This document shows positions 43,597 to 54,584 of a DNA stretch of 64,000 nt, piece by piece. The notes beneath the pieces are model-generated. The model was not told the DNA's origin and did no database searches. It saw only the letters and a list, made by a program, of their open reading frames with translations. The translations under genes were made by a program, and so were the position numbers. Origin of the DNA: Trichinella spiralis (taxonomy: Eukaryota). How positions within the stretch are numbered: position 1 is the stretch's first letter; each line of letters starts with the position of its first letter. The stretch is taken from positions 6,007,806 to 6,071,805 of the forward strand of contig NW_003526943.1 of assembly GCF_000181795.1 (NCBI RefSeq), in the 5' to 3' direction.

Positions 43597-43709
43597 TGGG
43601 GAATCTTGAAATTGAACAATTCAAAAACAACTGATGAAATAATAAAGAGCCGAAATGGAAAACAAGTGAAAGAACAAAAATTGAATTCAAAAAGTATCAT
43701 TCATCGAAA

Positions 43710-43738
43710 ACAAACAAACAAACAAACAAACAAACAAA
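43710..43738 (+). repeat. (CAAA)n microsatellite; (UUUG)n on the minus-strand transcript between TMEM209 and ORC2
   Basis: acaaacaaacaaacaaacaaacaaacaaa seen directly. Confidence 0.85.
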
Positions 43739-43912
43739 ATATGTTCGTTATGATCAAACGATATGATTGCTTTTATTATTCAAATAACGTGACTGGATAC
43801 TGCCGCAGAAGAGCAAAGAAAATAAACAATAACTGGTGACAAAACAAAAAAGAAGTTGGAGTGGAGTAGTGAATAGTTGTTTTTTTCCATTTCTTTAAGT
43901 AAAAATCAGCAA

Positions 43913-46033
43913 TTAATCTGCGTCCATGCTGCTGTCCAGGTCGACCAGTGTCCAGGCAAGGTTCAAACCACCCGGCCCCAGTGAGATCGGTCCGAGCAGT
44001 GAGTTGCGTTTCAATTTCAAAGTCTGAAAGAACAAGACGAGCGTGAAGAAGAAGTTGTACTTGCCGGCGCCGACGTCGTAGATTTGGCCGTGGTCGACGA
44101 GCTTATAATGGGGCGGACTGAGGCGGGTCTGGTGGATGTGCAGGGGATCGGTGCCGGCTCGGGCTCGTTTCCGGTCGCCGCGCACCATGTGGGCGTCGGT
44201 GAACGTCTTCGCTTCCAAAGAGAGCGGGTTGATCGGCATCAACGAGTCCAAAAATGTGCACAACAAGCTGCACAAAATTTCCGTGTCGGTCGGCAACGTG
44301 GCCGAATCCCACGGTTTTCCTTCGAACGACGAACCGCCGTTCCACTTGTACTCGCCGATGGCCACGTCGGCGGCGAGCTGTTTCAAACGGACAATCACGT
44401 ACTTCTGATTGGCCATCGTTTTGCCGCTGGTCGCTTCCAAATAGTTCAACAGAACGGCCAACGAGCCGAACCGGTCGCCGACCCTGGACGCGACTACCGT
44501 CTGCAAGACGGTCGGCGGACTGTCGCCCAGCGCCAGGGCGACATCATTCGGCGACACGCTGGCCAGTCGCTCGTTGGTCGACTCGATCTCGTCGACCAGT
44601 GGGCGGATGATCGTCACCAGCATCCACAGTTTGAAATTTTCCGCGCTCAACAGCAGACGGTCGTCGTTGAAGCGGAAACGCTCGAGCGGCAGTCTGCGTC
44701 CAACGACGTCCCAACAACGTTCGAGCGCGCTCGGCACCACCACTCCTCCTCCCCCGCCCCCGCCGTTGTTCGTTTTGTTCTTGTCGGTGGTCGTCGGCTG
44801 TTTGACCACTTTGATCGGCGACACCAGTTGGTCGGCTTCGGCCTGGAGCTGGCGTTGGATTTCGTCGGCGGCCGCCTTTTTCGTGCTCGGACCGAAAACG
44901 CACACGCCGAACTTGCCCAACAACGCCAGACGCTTGTCCTGCTTGGGCGACGTCGTCGTCGCCGACCAAACTGCCGCCGAATGGTCGTTCCAAGAACGTC
45001 GACGCTGTTCGACACTCAACGGCAAGCGCCCTCTGCAGACAGCAACACCCTTCTTGCCGATGGTCGCCGCCGATCGCCCGATCTTCTTGTCGATGGCATT
45101 GGACTGCAACTGGTAGTCCGGTTCCGACGGACGATACCGAACCTGGTAATCGTCGACTGGAAAAGGGAACATGGCCGACGAACGACTGTTCTGCGCCTCG
45201 GCCAAAATTTGCTTGTACTGGTCGACTGTGGGTCTGTTGTCGCGTCTCGGGCGCGGCTGTTGTTGGCGTTGCTTACCGGCCCATACTGCCGAACTGGCGG
45301 CGGCGGTGGTGGTGGTGGTGGTGGTGGGGGCGCAGTTGTCGATCGACGCCTCCACTCGACGAGGACTCGTCCTTTTCGACCGGACAAAAGACGAGCAACG
45401 GTCGCAGACGACGATGCCCGACGCGCAGCCGCAACTAGCATTGAACGTCGAGTCGGCGGCAGCGGAGGCGGCGGCGGCGGCCGACGACGACGACGGCGAC
45501 CTGCCGACGAACGTCGACGCGCCCAGCGGCGAACTGTCCAACTGAGACGACGACCTGCTCTGCTGTCGGTGTTTGTATTTGTCGCTGAAACACGAACCCA
45601 AAAAACTGTCCTCGTCGATGCCGCACAATTTCAACTGCTCGGCTGTCATGGTCACTTGACGCATGCGTAGCCATAGGCGACTGTAGCCGAACGCGGTTAT
45701 GCAACAATTCAAACAGTACAACACGACGAACGTCATTTCGACCAGACTGATCAGCCGACGGGCGGCGCCGTATTTCACCACGAAGCTTCCAATTAGGCAA
45801 CTGTCGAAAGCTAAATCGACGACGAACAAGACGACAAACAGAAATCCAACGATAAAAATTGGAACCGCTCTTCGAAACCTTGAAATAAAAAACACAATCG
45901 AATGAATATATTATTTGCAACAACAACAACGACGACAATTCAAATCAACGCACGTTTCAAATTCTGAACTACACTTCAACGCTTCTTCGGTATCGCCGAC
46001 AAATCGATGCTCTGGTGAAGGTATTCTTCCCAT
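43913..46033 (-). CDS. TMEM209: Transmembrane protein 209 (nuclear envelope protein), 2 exons
   Basis: Two N-terminal TM segments, S/T/A-rich linker, conserved C-terminus QKYVIVRLKQLA...YKWNGG...LPTDTEIL.SLLCTFLD...PPHYKL...GKYNFFFTLVLF...LGPISLGPGGLNL. Predicted exon 1 45954-46033 joins in phase 2 to exon 2 at 45878. Confidence 0.85.
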
Positions 46034-46226
46034 CGATTGATCAATTATCTCACCTGAACAACCTGTTGAAAACCAAATTAATAATCAAAACACATTAGCA
46101 ATCATTTTAAATATAACAACAGATTTCGCATCTGAAAACAACAAATATAACAACAACAACAACGACGACGATGTTTTTGCTTTTTATTTCCTTCCCACAA
46201 CAACAACTACAACCAACAGTGAAAAA

Positions 46227-47492
46227 TTATTTCAACAAAGACCATTTCAGCTGCTCTTTTGCCGATTGAATAACCTGAAACAGAAATATCGCATTCAAAT
46301 TTATCCATTCAACACACTACACCACACTTTCTACCTGCAAACCGACTTGAGCCACTGTTTGCTCGGCGAACGTCAAATCATCACCGCGTTGGGCAATTCT
46401 AGACGTTACATTATTCGAATCAACTTCTAAAATTATTCTAAAACCAAAAACAAATAATTAAATGTCACAACTGTTGTAATTTTCATTTTACAAACTATAA
46501 CAAATTTATAAGAACATCATTTCACCGATACACACCCGGATTCGCATATTTCATCCATCGCCAACATGATCATGTCCAAATTGGAGAAAAGATTCTTCTT
46601 GTCGACATTTTTTTTCAAAATTTGACAAACCGATTCATAAAAACAATTCAAAACACTTTGTAAAATTAACTAAACAAAACCGTTCAATAAAATGTGCACA
46701 CAAAATCAGACAACATTATTCACCTCGTTTTCATTAGATCCACCAATGACGGCAAAGTAAAGATCAACACTACTTTTGTAAACGCATACAAAACCGTCCA
46801 GCATCACAATTTCAGCTAAACAACAAAAAAGGTAGCAATTAGATTCATTAAAAAATTTAGAACATTAAAAAAAATTGACCAACCATTGGCTTTATGCGTT
46901 TTTGTGTACAGTTTCTTTTCAAACGCTTTCTGCTCTTTAGTATTGTTAAATGCATCATCGTAATACTACAACCATTCAATACTGACACAATTCATATTGG
47001 ACCAATATATTTAATAAATAAAAAAACCACAACCAATACAAACTTATTGCAAAAATCAATTACACAATTAATTGAAAAATATTTAAAATTCGAAAAGTAT
47101 TCATTTCAACATTCTGCAAAGAAACTTATTCTGCATTTTCCATTGAAAAATATTCAAACATAATAAAACAAATAATAATAATAACAGTATATTTTTAATT
47201 ATGTACATATTAAACTTGCATACAAAGAAATACAAACTGTTTCATGAACACTTTAAAATTACAAGATGAATATCCGTAAATTACATGCAACTAAATTACA
47301 TGTTAACATACAAGACAAAGGTTTATCAATCTTTTACCTTTGAAAGGATTCGCTTGCCGTCAGAGTCCAAAATCATCATACCTTTGACACATTTCGGTGA
47401 AAGGTCCTTGAAAAACAGCAATGTCAAAATATAAAAGTATTACAAGTATGAAACGCTTCTAATAAAATGATACAATAACCTACTCTGCGCAT
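46227..47492 (-). CDS. COPZ1: Coatomer subunit zeta, 7 exons
   Basis: [21 protein letters not shown]...[60 protein letters not shown]...[21 protein letters not shown]...[13 protein letters not shown]. Confidence 0.95.
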
Positions 47493-48381
47493 TTCTTTTA
47501 AAATTTCGCTTTTATAATGTTATATATATATATACGTAACAAGCTTTTCCTCCGTCTACGGCAAAGGACAAACAAAGAATGCTACCCTACAAAAAAATAA
47601 ACTTATTTCTACAGAAAACTTAATTCAAGTTTGATTTCATTACAGTACAATTCAAAGTTCATTTATAGCAGTACATTTCTTGTAGAAATAGGTAAAATTG
47701 ATATTTAAACTAATAGATAAATGTAAAAAATGAAATCATCTGGAAATGTCTAAAATTTGCTCTACTGTTAGAAGATATTTTTCAGTTTTATGCAATTGAG
47801 GGTAAACGAAAGTTAAAAATGTTTTTTTAAAGTAATTCATTATTTTCGCTATCTTTATAATTTAAAGAATTGTTTTTTTTATTATACTGATAATTTCTGT
47901 AGTTTTCTAGATAAATAGTTCTGTGAAAAACATTGACTAACAATAATGATAAACTTTTACGGTCACTCAACAGTATTAAAATAATAGTAACAAAAGTGAA
48001 ATACTAGTAGCATAAAATAAAAAAGTTTATTTTTTTAATATTTAGTTTAATTTAATTGTTTCATTCAATTTTCATTATGCACCATCTGTTTTTACATTAA
48101 GAATAATTTTTCAAATATAAGTGAAAATGAATAATTATTTTTTTAATATTTACTGGATGTTTAATGCACAGATATTTAAATTATGCTTTATTTAAAAAAG
48201 CAGAAAATTAAATTACATTTGAAATTCAATCACATTTCTCACACGTGGTTGACAGTAGGCTGTCTTTATTCACCGTAGTTTGTTCTCTGCCCACATGACC
48301 TAAAGCGCTTTTGTATGCTTACAATTTTTCAGTAAGCTCAAAATTTCCTACTTTTAAGAAAGCTTCTTGCGTTTTCAAAAT

Positions 48382-51300
48382 ATGCGACCTTCGGATATTA
48401 TTAAAATTCCAAAAGTAAGTAATTTTGATGCGTTAGCATTTGCTATTCAATGGCATATTTGAATTTCTTTTTATGTGTCGTATGGAATCATTTGTTAAGA
48501 GTATTTTCAAATTACTAATTAAATTAAAATTGCATTTTAATAACATGACATTTAACTGATTAGCTTGTATGCTTTTACTACTGAATGTTTTTGCAATGTG
48601 AAGTTTATCAGTTGTTTTTTGTCAATATCAATGATTCAGTTGTAAAGTTTAATTGAAATTAGTGTTTATTGAAATATTTTACTTTAAAATACTGAGTTAT
48701 ATGTTAAAGAAATTTTTATGAATGAAGAAGCGAATTTTACTGAAATTAAATATACAAAAGTGCTTTAAATTAATATGCTGCATTTTCAGTTCTTGCATTG
48801 AATATTTAATTAACTTTAATGTTAATAATGAATGATTCAGGTTTTGCTACAAATTATTGGCGCATTCCAATTAGTACAGAAGTGTTTTTGTTAAAACATT
48901 TTTCAGAATAATTGTTTCACATTTTTTAAACATAAGATGCTATGAAGGCTGCTGATTTCAAACGATGTAAATGCTCAATATTGTATATTATCTTGCATGT
49001 AATTATCACTCATCTCAAGAAAGTACTTGAGATTTTTTATTTGTAAAATATATATTGCATTAATTGCCTAAAAATTTGATACTTTTCCACTCTAGGTAAC
49101 ATTGTTGCTACCCATGATGTATCTTCTCATTATTTGAATTTTTACATTAAAATATAATGTTCAATGGAATTGTTTAAAATACTTGAGCTACAGTAATTTT
49201 TTTGACAATGAAGTTTAATTATTATGTAACTGTTAATTCACTTTTTTGAAAATTATTTTAAAATTGTATTTATTTTTATGAACTTTATTTACTTTTTATT
49301 GTACATTGCAGTAAAATTGATTTTTCAACGTATTTTATTAAAATTTTCAATTACCTCTGTAAATTTATATTTTATGCAACGTCGGCCCATATAGAGTGAA
49401 TATATAGATACATTTAAATTATTCTAATTTTGAAATGTGAAATCTTTTACGCTATCAGCACTTTAATCAAATAAAAATAATTTTTAATTTTTTTCTTATT
49501 TGGAATTGTTGAATGAACAATTTGCATTAAATACAAAGGACATATCGATAATTGACGAACTGACGATGAGTTTTCACTTATTTACTTAAAGTTGTTGAAA
49601 GGCGCAATTTTCGTTCTATTATTATGCAATCATTAATGTATTTTCATTATGGTTAGAGGTTTTTAAATACGGACGTATAGTTTTATGTTTGTTGTGTAAT
49701 TTGCTGCGTCGAAATCATGTAATATATTATGAATTTTGATGGATTTTTAAGTTTTTATGATGAAAAAGATAAATTTTATTATGAGCTGGAAGTAATATTT
49801 CATTGTATATTGACCAGCATGGTTGAATTGTTATGGTTGAATCGATTTTTTGACAAGTCACCGTTAGCGTGAATTAATTAGATCAGATTTCAGACTTTTA
49901 CTCTATTGTTCAATAAAGTCAAAATGAAATTGCATTGATTTTTCTGCTGTTAACTGAAAGTATTTTTCGTTAAATGCTTTGATCATCTAACTTTTACAGT
50001 TTTTGTTTTCTTCTTTTTCATAAGTTAGTGTGTTATGGGAGCTGACAAAGCTGCGTTTTCTGATATTGCTTATATTAAGGTATGTTGCGCAGACATGCAC
50101 AGATGTAAATAACTTATGAATGACCATATTATTTTAAAATACATTTATTTTAATAATTTAGGTGGAAAATGTTGAATGGTGCGATTGCCAACCGAATATG
50201 TCTCAGCGTGGAACGCTGTACATTACGAACACCCATATGATTTTTGCATCTGAAGATGGAAAAGAACTTTGGGTATAAATTGTATTTGCATTTAACATGT
50301 TTATGCTAATTATTACTTAACGACTGCTGTTAATTATTTCTTTGAACTGAATAACGTTGAATAAAAATATGGTATATGAAAAAAGCTTGTGCAGTAGTTA
50401 ATTACATTTTTAATTTTATTTATTAAAATCATTGCAGCCTCAGATGTAGTTATTCATATTTCATTATGTGATACTGATTTTTTAAAAACATTTGACGACA
50501 GTATTTTTTGATACTAGTTTTTTCTAGAAATCTTTTGAAGAAAAGTTTACTTCATTAAGTAAGGAAATATCTGAATAACTAATCGGTTTGCAAAATATGA
50601 CCATAGTTTTATAAATTGATGCGAATTTTTATCTCCAATTTAAACCATTCTAGAATATGGTTTCTTTTACTATTACACTATTTTTAGCAATACAGAAAGA
50701 AGAACTGAGGTTCTGAAATATTTGCAGAAGTGGTCTTTTATAATGAATTTTTATATTCAACAATATCTTTGTGTACTGATAAACTATGCTATGTGTATCG
50801 TTATGTAATAATAATTTATTTGTAGTAATATAGTAGCAGTTTCAATAAATAGCTTGTAAATTTGTGAATATAAGCCGGTTGTGTTATTGTTTTTTTCTTA
50901 TTTTTTAATTTATCCATAGTTATTAATACTATAATTTTGACGTTTCCTGTTTCTATGATTTACGGTTCATTTTTTTCTTTATACAATGGATGCATACATT
51001 GATTTTAAATTTGAGATTTATTAGATTTTTCATGGAGGATAAATTACTAGTTGATCTATTATTCCCTTTGCTAATTTCATTTTTGTTTAAACCAACAGTT
51101 TCAAATGAAAAGTAAAACTTGAGATTTGAAAAAGAATTTCCATAATAAATAAAATTTTATGCCGCTCCAGTTGATGACATTTTTGATACACTGGAATGCA
51201 AATTATTATAGGAATAATTTTCAAAAGCATTAAAATTATTGAATAAGATGTTAACGTTGAAGTGAATTCTTCAAATAATGGCTGAAAGTTTAGAGTAAAA

Positions 51301-54300
51301 TTAATTTAAATTTGAAATTTAGATTTCCCATTGTCAGATCTCATCTCTGCAACGAGCACAGCCTGTTGACAGTGGTTGGCCGCTTATTATTTCTGGGAAA
51401 ATATTCTTTGCTCTAACAATGATCATTCCTAAAGAGCGAGATTGTCAAGACATATACGATTCACTTTTGGCGTTGAGTCGTCCCAGTAAGAAAGCAATTT
51501 TATTTTGCATACTTTTTTTGTCTACTCTTTTCATAGAATAAGCAGTTTTGTAATATCAAAATTTTAGCATGCATTGACGATTTGCCAGCTTTTTGTTTTG
51601 TACCTGAAATGAAAGATTTGATGCAAAGTGAAGGCTGGAACGAAATTAACATGTATGACGATTATGCTCGACTGGGATTGCCGAATGATAATTGGACAAT
51701 TAGTGATTTGAACAAAAATTTTGAAGTGAATCAAAGCTTGATTTTTGAATTGAAAAGCAATTATAAATAAATTAATAAATAAGTGATGTATTGCAGTATT
51801 GTGATGGTTATCCAGAGCGAATTTTTGTTCCGAAAAACGTTCCCACGCCAGTGCTTATTGGTTCTTCGAAATTTCGAAGCCGGGGTCGTTTGCCAGTTCT
51901 ATCATATTTGCATAGAACAAATCAAGCTTGCATATGTCGCTGCAGTCAACCGTTGGCTGGTTTCAGTGCCAGATGCATTGAAGATGAAAGTCTGATGCGG
52001 CACATTGCCAAAACCAATCCACATTCGAAAACGCTTTACATTGTCGACACAAGGCCAAAAGTATGACATGCTTACATTTAGCTTGTAGAACTTTCATGAA
52101 TGGGATGAGTTTTTTATTTTTTTTTCTTTACAGATCAATGCCATTGTTAACAAAGCTGCTGGCAAAGGTTTTGAAGATGAGCGTAATTACAGCCATGTAC
52201 GTTACCATTTTTTTGCTGTAGAAAATATTCATGCTGTTCGAGGTAGTTTGCAAAAAATGCTGGAAGGTATGAAACAAAGGAAGAATTAACTTTGAGAAAA
52301 TTATCTCAGTTTGATTCGTAATCATCATCATCGCAATCATTATTATTTAGTTGTGTGGAATAAGAAAAATGTCTCTGTTAGCAACTTTTTAACAGGATTG
52401 GTCAACAGTGGTTGGCTTAAGCATATTCGCTCTTTGCTTGAAACTGCTGTTTTTGTCAGTGAAGTAATAATGCTTACTCAAATTATTATATGCAGTAGAG
52501 TAAAGAATTTTTTAATATTTAATTGCTAGACCGTGATTTCTGGAACAAGTGTAGTAATCCATTGTTCGGATGGTTGGGATCGGACGCCACAGATTGTCAG
52601 TCTCTCTTGTATTCTATTGGACCCTTTTTATCGCACTATCAAAGGCTTTGAAGTAAATCAGTTGAAGACAGTTATTACAATATTGTTTCTGGCAAATTTT
52701 TGCGATCAATTTTCGCCATGAATATTTTTAGACATTGATAGAGAAAGAATGGCTGCAATTTGGACACAAATTTTCCGATCGATATGGTCACATTTATACA
52801 TCTGATTCGAAAGAGCTGGCACCGGTATTTACTCAATTTCTGGAAGCTGTCTGGCAATTGACTGTACAATATCCGCTGGAATTTGAATTCAACGAATTCT
52901 TTCTGCTTACTTTACACGATCATTTGCATTCGTGCAATTTTGGTACTTTTTTGTACAACAGCACGAAAGATCGAATCCAGTCAAAGTAAAAGGAAGAAAA
53001 AATAGATGAAGCTTTTTTGTTTGAAAAATAGCTGATAGGTGATGATTAAAATTAAAAAAAAGTTTTTTATTCAGAGTTTCCTCACGAACTTATTCACTTT
53101 GGGGTTACATGTCTCGTCTGGAAGAATCTCTTCGCAATCCATTGTACGACCCGTCAGATATCAAAGATATTTTGAAACCAGATTTACGACCTCAGCAAAT
53201 AAAGTATATAATTATGATTTGCTTTCGCATCAACATTTGCATAATTGAACATTGTATGTTCAGATTTATTTTTTTTATCGAGCAGAAACTGATTTTTCAC
53301 TTCATTTCCTTTTTTATTTATATTCAACAATCAGTCAATGAAAATTACTTTGTTATTCACATTTTTATGTCTTTGTTTTTTATTGAAAATTGTTTTTTAT
53401 ATTTAGTTATTGGCGAGCAATGTACAATCGATATGACTTCAAATGTGACTCTAATGAATACTTATTGGACGCTTTGATTTCTTCCAGACAGCAGATACTT
53501 TCTTTGAAATACCACATTCAGTATTTGCAAGACGTAATTTCATTGTTCTTTTTTTTCCTCTAAATTAGTATTTGCATTTGATTTTTTTGTGTATTTTAAA
53601 ATTATTTTAGCAATTGAATCAGCAGCGTGAAGCAAGTTTCCAACAGTGCTGTTTGAAATTTTCAAATTTGCTGCCCAAAAACTCTTCCTCCACCGATGAC
53701 AACAATTGTGCGGTAAACGGCACGCTTGTGGCTGAGCACTGCGAAATCCACAAAATGTCGATTTCGGCAAACAGTGACGAGGTGTGGCAATTATTACTGA
53801 TCTGAAGGGAATTTTGTTAATTTTATTATTATTCATTCATTCATTCATTGGCGAATTAATGCATTTTCAGATTGGATGTTGTTGTTGTTTTGTGCTTTTG
53901 AAATTGCGAAACTTCCCTTTCCTTTCATGCTTTTTTTTCCATGTTTTCAGAATGATGAAGAAAAAAATTTGGAAACCTTTTCCCACCCTTTGTCAGCAGC
54001 AGTTAGTTGTGAAAATAAAGCTGACAATGAGATAAATGTTCCTCTGATAGATCAGCGATGTGCCATTGCTTTGGACTGGGCCAGCTTGCGTCGGTCTGTT
54101 CGTTGTAGCAATAGAACTTGCAACGCCAAATTTTGGCCTTTAGAACGTCGGGTTGGTAGCGATATTCAACATTAATTTCCCCAATGGAAACAACAATCAT
54201 TATTATTTCATTAATTTCTTTTTTTTTCTTCAGTGTCACTGTTGGAACTGTGGACTGGTATTTTGTGCGAAATGTTGCAGCTCGAGAACTCAACTCCCGG

Positions 54301-54365
54301 GGCATGGAAATTGCGATCAAATGGTACCAGCCTGTGCGAAATGCATAACTAAATTATGCTTGTAA
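48382..54365 (+). CDS. MTMR6: Myotubularin-related phosphoinositide phosphatase, MTMR6/7/8 subfamily with C-terminal FYVE-like domain (mtm-6 type), multi-exon
   Basis: PH-GRAM start K/VENV...[57 protein letters not shown], intact catalytic [38 protein letters not shown]; Cys-rich FYVE-like end. Confidence 0.92.
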
Positions 54366-54584
54366 TTTGGAACATTTTATTTTGATTCTAAATTGACAAA
54401 AAGCCATATACGCTAGAAAATTATATCCATGTGAAAATTACGCCTACAAAATTGTTAAATGAAAATATTTTATAAACAACTGTGTAATAAACGAGGTACA
54501 TTGTTTTTCTTTTTAAATGTTCACTACTGAATGAAAAGACTTTTAAGAGGTTATTAGTTAGTGATGTTCAAAAATGGGAAAAAA

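Noticed and set aside
44084..45670. 528-aa plus-strand ORF antisense to TMEM209
   Set aside because: Shadow ORF expected from GC-rich codon usage on the opposite strand; no recognisable domain.
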